Part shown: positions 38,343 to 46,372 of the stretch, piece after piece
How positions within the stretch are numbered: the stretch's first letter is position 1
Layout of the letters: every line of letters begins with the position of its first letter
DNA from: an uncultured Acidimicrobiia bacterium
Lineage (GTDB): Bacteria; Actinomycetota; Acidimicrobiia; Acidimicrobiales; JACDCH01
Direction: 5' to 3'
Length of the DNA stretch: 64,000 nt
NCBI GenBank assembly: GCA_963802415.1
Contig: CAWDIH010000002.1
Coordinates: 427,543 to 491,542, forward strand
Notes under the pieces: generated by a model
The model's database searches: none
Told to the model about the DNA's origin: nothing
The model's input: only the letters and a program-made list of their open reading frames with translations
Made by a program: the position numbers and the translations under genes

Positions 38343-38792
38343 TCAGCCGCGGATGTTGTCGCGGGCCTCGGCTGCGTCGGCGAAGGCGTGCACGATGGCG
38401 GGGAACTGCGCTTGGAGGCTGCGGCGCACCAGCGGGCCGACGATGGCGGGCTTGCCGTGGAAAGACGACTTCCACGTGATGTGCACGTCCGACCCCACGG
38501 GTTCGAGCAACACGACACCCTCGTAGTCGCGGACGGGAATGCCCTCGAGCACCCGATAGCGCATCTCGCGCTTCGGTTCGAAGGCGCACGTCTCCTCCCG
38601 GAGCACGCGGCATCCGATCGTCAGCCGGCGTATCGATCCCGTGCCTGCAGGCGCGTCCCGACCGGGCTGTTCGAGCTCGGAGCGCTGCCATGGGCCCCAC
38701 GTCGACCACGTCTCGTAGTCCTGCAACGTGTCCCACAACACGTCCAACGACGCGGTGGTGTCGGCTTCGAAATGAACGCGCTGGATGTTCAT
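38343..38792 (-). CDS. SRPBCC (polyketide cyclase/dehydrase-like) family protein
   Basis: About 150 aa from ATG 38792, with WDTLQDYETWSTWGPW...YRVLEGIPVRDYEGVV. Confidence 0.7.
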   Translation of the reverse strand: MNIQRVHFEADTTASLDVLWDTLQDYETWSTWGPWQRSELEQPGRDAPAGTGSIRRLTIGCRVLREETCAFEPKREMRYRVLEGIPVRDYEGVVLLEPVGSDVHITWKSSFHGKPAIVGPLVRRSLQAQFPAIVHAFADAAEARDNIRG

Positions 38793-38885
38793 GTCTTCGT
38801 CGTCTCCTGGCTTGGGGAGGACAACGCGGTGATTGGTGACACGTTCGTGCTCAACGCGGTGGCACACGCATACCGAGGCGGTCAT

Positions 38886-38970
38886 GTACCATGTGGTACA
38901 CCTAGAAGAGGTGTACCACGCGGTACGTTGGCGTGCAAGGTACGTCTGTCACGCATGTACCAACTGGTAC
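38886..38970. promoter_or_regulatory. three GTACCA-N2-YGGTAC dyads (candidate TetR operators) in a divergent promoter
   Basis: GTACCATGTGGTAC at 38886-38899, GTACCACGCGGTAC at 38913-38926 and GTACCAACTGGTAC at 38957-38970. Confidence 0.65.
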
Positions 38971-38980
38971 GGTCCGAGGA

Positions 38981-39580
38981 ATGGCACGGCGGCAGGACAC
39001 CGCAACCGCGAACGAGCCACCGTCGGAGGCCAAGGCCCGCCTGCTGGCCGCCACGATGGACTACGTGGCCGACAACGGGATCACGGATCGCAGCCTGCGT
39101 GAGGTCGCGGCCGCGATCGGCACGTCACACCGGATGCTCGTGTACCACTTCGGATCGAAGGACGGCCTGATGGTCGAGGTAGTGAGCGCCGTGGAGGCCG
39201 AACAGCTGCGCGCCGTCTCCGCGCTGTCAGACGACGCGTCGCTCGATGCAGTGGCGCAAACGGCGCGTCTGGCGAAGCGGCTCACGAACCCGCGCCTTCG
39301 CCGCAACGAGCGACTGTTCTTCGAGCTCTACGCGCAAGCGCTCCGGGGCCGCGGCCCGGCTGCCGACCTCTTGCCCGAACTCGTCCACATGTGGCTGCCG
39401 GCGCTTCGCGACCTCAGCGTCCGCCTCGGTGTGCCCGAGCACGAGGCGGACGCGCACGCCCGCTTGATGCTCGCGGTCGCTCGCGGCTTGCTGCTCGACC
39501 TCGTCGGCACCGGCGAGCGCCGGGCGGTCGACCGGGCCATGGATCTCTTCAACCGGATGACGGCCGCCGCTCACCGTTGA
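38981..39580 (+). CDS. TetR-family transcriptional regulator
   Basis: KARLLAATMDYVADNGITDRSLREVAAAIGTSHRMLVYHFGSKDGL. Confidence 0.85.
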   Translation: MARRQDTATANEPPSEAKARLLAATMDYVADNGITDRSLREVAAAIGTSHRMLVYHFGSKDGLMVEVVSAVEAEQLRAVSALSDDASLDAVAQTARLAKRLTNPRLRRNERLFFELYAQALRGRGPAADLLPELVHMWLPALRDLSVRLGVPEHEADAHARLMLAVARGLLLDLVGTGERRAVDRAMDLFNRMTAAAHR

Positions 39581-39594
39581 CCAAGCGGCGTCTC

Positions 39595-40414
39595 CTAATG
39601 CCGAGCATCGCTGCGCGCCATGTTCAGCGGCGCGGAGGTCGGCGTGCATCTCCCAGGGCGCCCGGGGAAGCACGTGACCGGTTTCGATCAGGGATTTGAG
39701 GTTGGCGCAGACCGCCGGCCACCCGTGAGCGACGGCCGTCCACACGTCGACGTCGGCGAGATTCGTGTGCGTCACGGTCAGCCGGACGATCTCGTGGTAG
39801 GGCTCGATGTCGAAGGTCACGTGTGAGGGACCCTCGGCGGGGGTCTCGCCTCCTGGTGTTTCGAACGTCACGGCCAGCCGACGGGGTGGCACCGACTCGA
39901 GGACGGTCCCGTCCACGTCGGCGATGCCGGAGCCGTCGACCCGGCGGTGCTCCCACGACGATCCGACGTGCCAGTCCGACACGTTGCTATGACCCCAGTA
40001 CTCGGCGGTCATTCCGGGATCGGTGAGGGCTTCCCACACCCGTTCGGCGGTCGCCTCGATGTAGGTCACGTACACGTAGGTGGGTTGGTCGGCCACAGCG
40101 CTCTCCTCTGCTTGTCGTTTGATGGCGCTCAGCGCGCGAAGGCGAGGGCGTTCGAATCGTTCGATCCACCGCTCCTGGATGGTCCACAGCGGAACCGGAT
40201 TCAAGTAGTGAAGCTTCTCCCGGCCCCGCCGAACGGTGGTGATGAGGTTGGCGGCCTCGAGCACGCCGAGGTGCTGGGTCGCCGACTGCCGGGCCATCTC
40301 GAACGGCGCGCACAGCTCACCGAGGGTCTGCCCGTTGCGCTCGCGGAGGCGGTCGAGGAGCGCTCGACGCGTCGGATCGGCAAGCGCCTTGAACACTGCA
40401 TCCTCATCCTTCAC
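39595..40414 (-). CDS. ArsR-family HTH fused to SRPBCC/AHSA1 domain; 3' end uncertain (probable indel near 39617-39631)
   Basis: FKALADPTRRALLDRLRERNGQTLGELCAPFEMARQSATQHLGVLEAANLI plus an AHSA1-like domain. The in-frame ORF runs on to 39227, antisense through the whole tetR gene. A stop at 39595-39597 is available in the +1 frame. Confidence 0.65.
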
Positions 40415-40505
40415 TACACAACATCATGCAGGTATTTGCCTGCATAAGTCAAGTGCCAGCCGGGGGGTGTCGGGATGGGTGGGTCGGCGGCGACAATGCC
40501 GACTC

Positions 40506-41177
40506 GTGGATACGACCTACTGGCGCAGCGCGGCCGATGACGAGGCCATGCAGGACGAGCACGGGTTCATCTGGCGGGCCATGCTCGACACGATCGACGT
40601 GGACCTCGCTGGTCGGCGCGTCCTCGACGCAGGTTGCAACCGCGGGGGATTCCTGCGCCTCCTCGCCGACAGGCATGGCATTGCCGAGGGATTTGGGTTC
40701 GACCCCGCCGCCGGCGCCATCGAGGACGCCCGGCGGCTGGCCGGCGGCCGGCCGCTGCACTTCGAAGCGGCGAGTTCGGTGCCCGAGGAGTGGACCGGCC
40801 TGGACGTGGCCTTCAGCCACGAGGTCCTCTACCTCCTGTCCGATCTGTCCTCCCACGCGGCCGCCATCCGCCGCTCCCTCCGCCCCGGCGGCGTGTACTA
40901 CGCGGTGATGGGCGTCCACACCGGCAGCCCGCTCATGGTCGAGTGGCACGCTGCCAATCGCGAGACGCTGCGGTTGCCACCCCTCTACGACATCGACGAG
41001 GTCATCGCCGTCTTCCGACACGCCGGGTTCGACGCGTCGGTGGCACGGTTGGAGATCCGATTCGTGCCGGTCGCGGGCCGCCAGCACGATCACGAGGGTC
41101 GGTTCCTCGACTGGCTCGCCTACTACCGCGACCACAAGCTTCTGCTCCGCTTCGCCGACAACACGAATGAGCCTTGA
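40506..41177 (+). CDS. class I SAM-dependent methyltransferase
   Basis: RVLDAGCNRGGFLRLL (motif I) and LRPGGVYYAV. Start is GTG 40506 or ATG 40548. Confidence 0.75.
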   Translation: MDTTYWRSAADDEAMQDEHGFIWRAMLDTIDVDLAGRRVLDAGCNRGGFLRLLADRHGIAEGFGFDPAAGAIEDARRLAGGRPLHFEAASSVPEEWTGLDVAFSHEVLYLLSDLSSHAAAIRRSLRPGGVYYAVMGVHTGSPLMVEWHAANRETLRLPPLYDIDEVIAVFRHAGFDASVARLEIRFVPVAGRQHDHEGRFLDWLAYYRDHKLLLRFADNTNEP

Positions 41178-41491
41178 GCGTCGTGCAGTTCAGCGCTGAT
41201 CTCCGGGAGCAAGTAGCGGACGGAACCATCACCGTCTCCTATCGGCTCTGGTCGAGACCGAAGGTCAAGGCCGGTGGCGTCTACCGGAGCGGTTTCATCC
41301 TGATCGAAGTCGACGAGATCGAGCTGCTGCCGTTCTCGTCGATCACAGCCGAGGATCTCGCTCGAACGGGAGAGCCTGACCTCGAATCCCTTCGTGGACG
41401 TGCTGCACATGCCGGCCCGATCCACGATGACACCCTCGTCTACCGCGTCGAATTCCATGTCGTGGGGGAGGCGGACGCCAGGGGCAGGTGA
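41174..41491 (+). CDS. ASCH-domain protein
   Basis: 105-aa ORF whose start overlaps the upstream stop (TTGA). A beta-barrel-like ...ITVSYRLWSRPKVKAGGVY... sequence. The ASCH assignment is by resemblance only. Confidence 0.5.
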   Translation: MSVVQFSADLREQVADGTITVSYRLWSRPKVKAGGVYRSGFILIEVDEIELLPFSSITAEDLARTGEPDLESLRGRAAHAGPIHDDTLVYRVEFHVVGEADARGR

Positions 41492-41575
41492 CCCCGATCT
41501 CCGGCCGGTGTATCAGCGGGCCGCACCGCGTCTCTGCACCAATGCGCAGCCCTTTTCAGCGCGGACGGAGGAAAC

Positions 41576-42070
41576 ATGAACAAGACGCGACTCTTCGCGT
41601 TGTCAGCAGCAACGGCAGTTCTCAGTGTCACCGGAATGAGTTCCGTGGCGGGAGCGGTCCCGACGAGCAGCCACAGCGGGGGTGCGCACGCGGTGCAGAC
41701 CGGCGTGGTCCAGATCGACCCCAACAACCCGCAGGTCGCCTATGTCACCGGGAACTACTCGTGCCCCGCGGGCTTTGCGCACCTGTTCGTCTCGGTGAAG
41801 CAGGTCGCGGACGGCCGCCCGGACCCTGCCCTCAAGCTCGAGGGCAGCAGCCAAATCTCGTCTGGGTACCTCGAGCGTCACCCCGGACCCGATGAGATCA
41901 CCTGTGACGGAACGTGGCACACCGGCACATGGCGGATCACCTCGGACAGCTCCGACCCGGATTACGAATATGGCCGCGGCTCACTTGTTCCTGGCCAGGT
42001 CTACGTGCAGTTCTGCTGGGACGGGCCGGATTGGCACGCGTGGGACGAGCAGTTCGCCAGAGCTAGCTGA
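41576..42070 (+). CDS. secreted hypothetical protein (signal peptide, 4 Cys)
   Basis: GGAGGA RBS. MNKTRLFALSAATAVLSVTGMSSVAGA looks like a Sec signal. No family recognised. Confidence 0.6.
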   Translation: MNKTRLFALSAATAVLSVTGMSSVAGAVPTSSHSGGAHAVQTGVVQIDPNNPQVAYVTGNYSCPAGFAHLFVSVKQVADGRPDPALKLEGSSQISSGYLERHPGPDEITCDGTWHTGTWRITSDSSDPDYEYGRGSLVPGQVYVQFCWDGPDWHAWDEQFARAS

Positions 42071-42075
42071 CAGTC

Positions 42076-42102
42076 GACGCTGACCGTCGCGGACTCAGCG
42101 TC
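42076..42102. terminator. hairpin in a convergent intergenic region
   Basis: GACGCTGA-N11-TCAGCGTC lies 6 nt after the stop at 42070. Confidence 0.35.
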
Positions 42103-42165
42103 AGCGACGCGAGAATCGGAGGAAGTCGATTCACTCGGCTTCCTCGTCTTCGCGTCAACAGCGGG

Positions 42166-42579
42166 TCATGCCAGTGCGCCGAGTTGGCGGAGCATCGTGA
42201 GGTCGTCGCGGACGGCCCATCGCTCTGCGATGCGTCCGCCGGTGAGGCGGTACATGCAAGCGAAATCGCGGACGTAGTCGCCTGGGATCGTTCGGTAGCC
42301 GAGGAAAGATCCCCCTGACCAGTGTCCACCGCGAGCGCCGAACTGCACGACGTAGTCACCGTTGGCGACGACGACCAGTTCGCGCCAACCATCGGTGCGG
42401 AAGGTCGAGCGCGCCTCGCGCAGGAACTCCTCGGTGCCGGCGAGCCCCTCGGGGCGGTTGCACGCCAGGGAGTGGTTGACCATGTCGGGCCAGCAGAGTT
42501 CGTCGAGGTCGTCGAGCTCGTCGGATCCGAGCAGTGCGTCGAATCGTTCGACGACGGACTCGTTGTCGGCAATGTTCAC
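42166..42579 (-). CDS. ester cyclase (SnoaL-like polyketide cyclase family)
   Basis: NESVVERFDALLGS...MVNHSL...VANGDYVV...YRLTGGRIAERW. GTG 42579 sits 6 nt after AGGAGG and is preferred over ATG 42594. Confidence 0.7.
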   Translation of the reverse strand: MNIADNESVVERFDALLGSDELDDLDELCWPDMVNHSLACNRPEGLAGTEEFLREARSTFRTDGWRELVVVANGDYVVQFGARGGHWSGGSFLGYRTIPGDYVRDFACMYRLTGGRIAERWAVRDDLTMLRQLGALA

Positions 42580-42619
42580 AGCCGCCCTCCTCATTTGGTG
42601 AAAGTACAACTCTCATGGT

Positions 42620-42636
42620 TGATAGTGGTACTATCA
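42620..42636. promoter_or_regulatory. candidate TetR operator
   Basis: TGATAGT-GGT-ACTATCA is a perfect 7-bp dyad 5 nt upstream of the tetR ATG at 42642. Confidence 0.5.
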
Positions 42637-42641
42637 CCAAT

Positions 42642-43304
42642 ATGGCAGCGCCCGTCAAGCGTCGCTACGACAACTCACGCCGAGAGGCGCAGGCACGGGC
42701 CACAAGAGCCAAGATCGCGGAGGCGGCACGGGCACTGTTCGTCGACCACGGCTACGCCGCGACGAGCATCGACGCGATCGCCGGCGCGTCGGACACGCCG
42801 GTGGCCACCGTGTACCGGCTGTTCGGGTCCAAGATCGGCATCCTCACCGCGGTGCTCGAGGTCGCGTTCGTGGGCGATGACCGGCCGATCGCTCTCCACG
42901 ACCGAGACGACGTCAAGGTCGCGGCGGCGCAGACCGATGCCCGAGCATTGCTCGCGGGATTCGCCCATGTGGCCCGCGACGTGCTCGGCCGCTCCGGGCG
43001 CTTGCACCAGGTGCTTCGCACCGCGGCGAGCATCGATCCGGAGGCGGCCAGCCTGTCGGCCGAGATCAACCGGCAGCGATTCGAGGGACAGTCCCGGGTG
43101 GCTCGGCTGCTCGCGCAGCGCGACGCACTAGCCGAGGGGATCTCCGCCCGTGCGGCAGCCGACGTGATCTACACGCTGATGTCGCCGGACGTGCATCGAC
43201 TCCTCACCGAGGAACGGCGCTGGAGCGCTGAGCGTTACGAACGGTGGCTCGCCGACGCACTCTGCCGCGCTGCTGCTGCCTACGAAGTGATCGCGCAGGC
43301 ATAG
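42642..43304 (+). CDS. TetR-family transcriptional regulator
   Basis: RAKIAEAARALFVDHGYAATSIDAIAGASDTPVATVYRLFGSKIGIL. Confidence 0.85.
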   Translation: MAAPVKRRYDNSRREAQARATRAKIAEAARALFVDHGYAATSIDAIAGASDTPVATVYRLFGSKIGILTAVLEVAFVGDDRPIALHDRDDVKVAAAQTDARALLAGFAHVARDVLGRSGRLHQVLRTAASIDPEAASLSAEINRQRFEGQSRVARLLAQRDALAEGISARAAADVIYTLMSPDVHRLLTEERRWSAERYERWLADALCRAAAAYEVIAQA

Positions 43305-43336
43305 CGGAGGTCCGGCACTCGCATGCGCCGACAGGC

Positions 43337-43984
43337 TCACATTCCGAAGTGCGTACGTTGAACTGTCGCGACAGCGCTCGCTGGTCCTGTCACCTCGACC
43401 TGCGCCACAGCTTGCCGTCCGAAGGCGTACAGGAGAAGTTCACCAGGCGGACCGCTCACGCGAACAGTGGGTGTGCCCTTCCGCGCCGTGATCCGTTCTT
43501 CGGTTCCCGCCCACCCGATCTCCAACCCGACCTGGCGCAGCCTGCGACTCAGGTAGCGGCCGCCTTGGCGAACGTTTCGCCACAAAGCAGCCTCCATCGC
43601 GGGCATGAGGTCGATGCGAGGCCCTCCGCCGTTCGCTCTGCGCACGTCCTCATGGTGGACGAAGAACTCGTTCAGGTTCGGCACGGAGCGGACCCATCCG
43701 ATGCGAAAGAATCCGGGAGGGGGGCCAGACCGGATGCGCGCGACGAGCCATCCGAATTCCCTCTGCTGCGCCATCCTCATTCTGCGTCGCTCGGCGAACT
43801 GTTGGAATCCTCCCGGAAGGACGAGGCACGGAGCAGCGATGAGATCACGCTCACGCAGCACGAGGTGAGCAGCGAGGTCGCGCGCGGTCCAGCCGTCGAG
43901 CAGCGTGGGTACGTCGGGCCCGAGTTCGTCGAAAAGGTCGCTCAGGGCAAGGCGCTCCAGCGCGTCGAAGTGAACTTCAACCAT
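43337..43984 (-). CDS. mycothiol-dependent maleylpyruvate-isomerase-like (MDMPI/DinB-fold, TIGR03085-like) protein
   Basis: ERLALSDLFDELGPDVPTLLDGWTARDLAAHLVLRE. Start at ATG 43984. Confidence 0.65.
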   Translation of the reverse strand: MVEVHFDALERLALSDLFDELGPDVPTLLDGWTARDLAAHLVLRERDLIAAPCLVLPGGFQQFAERRRMRMAQQREFGWLVARIRSGPPPGFFRIGWVRSVPNLNEFFVHHEDVRRANGGGPRIDLMPAMEAALWRNVRQGGRYLSRRLRQVGLEIGWAGTEERITARKGTPTVRVSGPPGELLLYAFGRQAVAQVEVTGPASAVATVQRTHFGM

Positions 43985-44203
43985 CGCCGCCGGACAGTAC
44001 CTGGGCCGAAGCATGAGGCTCCCCGTCGTGAGCACCGCGTCGGGGGCGTCCGGCGATGATCGCCTTCGCGTCATCTTCCGCACCACGTTGCCGCACTCCC
44101 ATGCCTGCGTAGACACCGACCGATCCCCGCAAGGTGGCCGATGACGCGGCGGGCCGCAGGCGCGACTACCTGCGTTGATAAACGGCGCCGTATAATGACA
44201 AGC

Positions 44204-44506
44204 ATGCCGGACACGGTCGTCAGAGGGAGGGGCCGGCCGGCTGTCGGCGAGCGGGTTGCGGTCCGGCTTCCTCCCGACGTGCTCGACGACATCGATCGTC
44301 GCGCACGCATCCTCGGCCGGAGTCGGGCCTCGGTGATCCGCTCGATGCTTGACCACTCACTCCGACGAGCGCGGGAACCGGACGACGGTGTCGATCGCGC
44401 CCAGATCCGCCGAATGCTCCGTCTGTCACCGAGCGAGCGGATCGCTCACATGGCACACGTTGCGGCCCAGCAACGGCGAGCCCGCGGCAAAGCCCGCAAG
44501 CGGTGA
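44204..44506 (+). CDS. ribbon-helix-helix (CopG-like) protein, putative antitoxin
   Basis: VAVRLPPDVLDDIDRRARILGRSRASVIRSML has the RHH pattern. TATAAT at 44191-44196 lies 7 nt before the ATG (leaderless-like). Confidence 0.65.
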   Translation: MPDTVVRGRGRPAVGERVAVRLPPDVLDDIDRRARILGRSRASVIRSMLDHSLRRAREPDDGVDRAQIRRMLRLSPSERIAHMAHVAAQQRRARGKARKR

Positions 44507-45006
44507 GCTTCGACCTCGAGCGGATCCTCGAAACATTGCAGCGTCATCGGGTCGCGTACGTGCTCATCGGCGGGATAGCGGCCACGGCGCATGGCTCGGT
44601 CCTCCCCACTGAGGATGTCGACATCACGCCCGCTCGCGATCGAAGGAACCTCAATCAACTCGCGCGAGCGCTGCGCGAGTTGAACGCGCGCATCCGCACG
44701 GAGAATCAACCGGACGGCGTCGAGTTCCCGTGCGATGGCGACTTCCTCGCTGCTCAGCCACTGATGTTGAACCTCACCACCGCTGCGGGGGATCTCGACC
44801 TCACCCTGTTCCCCGCGGGCTTTCCGGATGGCTTTGATGGCTTGGCGAACCGCGCGGTCGAGGTCGACTTCGGAGACGGCGTCGCCACGCTGGTTGCGGC
44901 GCTGGACGACATCATCGCCTCGAAGCGCGCCGCCGATCGGGCGAAGGACCGCGCCGCGCTGCCCTACCTCGAGGCTCTCGCAGACGACATCGCGCGAGGC
45001 TTCTGA
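44503..45006 (+). CDS. minimal Pol-beta-fold nucleotidyltransferase, putative toxin/partner
   Basis: LIGGIAATAHGSVLPTEDVDI fits hG[GS]-x9-13-Dh[DE]h. C-terminal IASKRAADRAKDRAAL. GTGA overlap with the RHH gene. Confidence 0.6.
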   Translation: MSFDLERILETLQRHRVAYVLIGGIAATAHGSVLPTEDVDITPARDRRNLNQLARALRELNARIRTENQPDGVEFPCDGDFLAAQPLMLNLTTAAGDLDLTLFPAGFPDGFDGLANRAVEVDFGDGVATLVAALDDIIASKRAADRAKDRAALPYLEALADDIARGF

Positions 45007-45060
45007 TCTTGACGCGCCAGGTTGGATCGGCCGATGAGGCCGGGTGAGTCACAACGTCGT

Positions 45061-46263
45061 ATGAGCATGAGCAGCTTCGATTCCGGGAAGGTCGAGCGTC
45101 TGCGGACCGCAATGGCGCAGCATGTCGAGCAGGACGGGGTAGGGGGCGTGGCGTGGCTCGCTGCTCGTGGCGATGACGTCCACGACGGGGTGGCAGGGAG
45201 CCTGACGCGTGGCGAACCGGAACCGATTGCGCGGGACAGCCTGTTCCGGATCGCGTCGATGACCAAGCCGGTCGTGGCGGTTGGAGCATTGATCTTGGTC
45301 GAGGAGTGCCGGCTGCGGTTGGACGATCCGGTCGATGACCTGTTGCCGGAGCTCGCCGATCGCCAGGTGCTCGTCGATGCGCGTGGTCCCCTCGACGGCG
45401 AGACAGTGCCGGCCCGCCGGCCGATGACGGTGCACGACGTGCTCACGTTCCGATTGGGACTCGGGATGGACTTCGAGGCGCCGTGGCCGCAGCCGTTGCT
45501 CTCGGCCATGGACGAGCTCGGACTCGGTGCCGGTCCTCCCGAACCGCAGGTACCGCCGCCTCCCGACGAGTGGATGCGTCGGCTTTCCCGGCTGCCACTG
45601 CTCTATCAGCCTGGCGAGCGCTGGCTCTACAACACCGGCTCTGACGTGCTCGGCGTGTTGATCGCCCGCGCCGCGGGTCGACCTCTGGAGGAGTTCCTCC
45701 ACACCCGCGTGTTCGAGCCGCTGGGGATGGTCGACACCGGGTTTTCGACGGTCGATGTGGACCGCCTCGGATCCTGCTACAGCACCGACCCGGATACCGG
45801 GGTCCGTCAGGTGTACGACGCGCCCCGCGGCCAGTGGGCAACACCACCGGCGTTTCCTTCCGGGGCCGCCGGCCTCGTCTCCACTCTCGACGACCTGTAT
45901 GCGTTCGGCCGCATGCTGCTCGCGGGCGGTCGATTGCCGAACGGCTCGCGTCTGCTCTCCCGCGCGTCGGTGGAGGCGATGACGACCGATCACCTCGGCA
46001 TGGAGCATGGCGTGCCCGGACCTTCGCCCGACGGCTCACAGGGCTGGGGCTTCGGCGTCGGTGTGCAGGTCCGACGCCGCGGTCTCGGGCCCGCGCCCGG
46101 GGGCTACGGGTGGGCAGGCGGGCTCGGCACCTCATGGGCCAACGACCCTGCGAAGGAGCTCGTCGGCATCGTGCTCACCACCGACATGTTCGTCAGCGCG
46201 TTCCCGCCGCCGGCCGTCATCCAGGACTTCTGGACCTGCGTGTACGCCGCGATCGACGAGTGA
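45061..46263 (+). CDS. serine hydrolase (beta-lactamase/class C esterase family)
   Basis: FRIASMTKPVVAVGALIL carries the SxxK motif. Possible starts at 45022 (TTG), 45034, 45061 and 45067. Confidence 0.8.
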   Translation: MSMSSFDSGKVERLRTAMAQHVEQDGVGGVAWLAARGDDVHDGVAGSLTRGEPEPIARDSLFRIASMTKPVVAVGALILVEECRLRLDDPVDDLLPELADRQVLVDARGPLDGETVPARRPMTVHDVLTFRLGLGMDFEAPWPQPLLSAMDELGLGAGPPEPQVPPPPDEWMRRLSRLPLLYQPGERWLYNTGSDVLGVLIARAAGRPLEEFLHTRVFEPLGMVDTGFSTVDVDRLGSCYSTDPDTGVRQVYDAPRGQWATPPAFPSGAAGLVSTLDDLYAFGRMLLAGGRLPNGSRLLSRASVEAMTTDHLGMEHGVPGPSPDGSQGWGFGVGVQVRRRGLGPAPGGYGWAGGLGTSWANDPAKELVGIVLTTDMFVSAFPPPAVIQDFWTCVYAAIDE

Positions 46264-46306
46264 CCACCGGCTCGTCGCTGGAGGCCGTCGAACGGCGTCG
46301 CCCATG

Positions 46307-46330
46307 TTACTGTAGTGACCATTCTAGTAA
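46307..46330. promoter_or_regulatory. candidate operator upstream of the Rieske oxygenase genes
   Basis: TTACTGTAGTGACCATTCTAGTAA is an imperfect dyad. It shares CTGTAGTGAYC with the complement of the site at 49011-49026. Confidence 0.45.
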
Positions 46331-46372
46331 TGGGCGGGCTCCGAGCGGGCTCGATCGCAAAGGGGAACCAGC

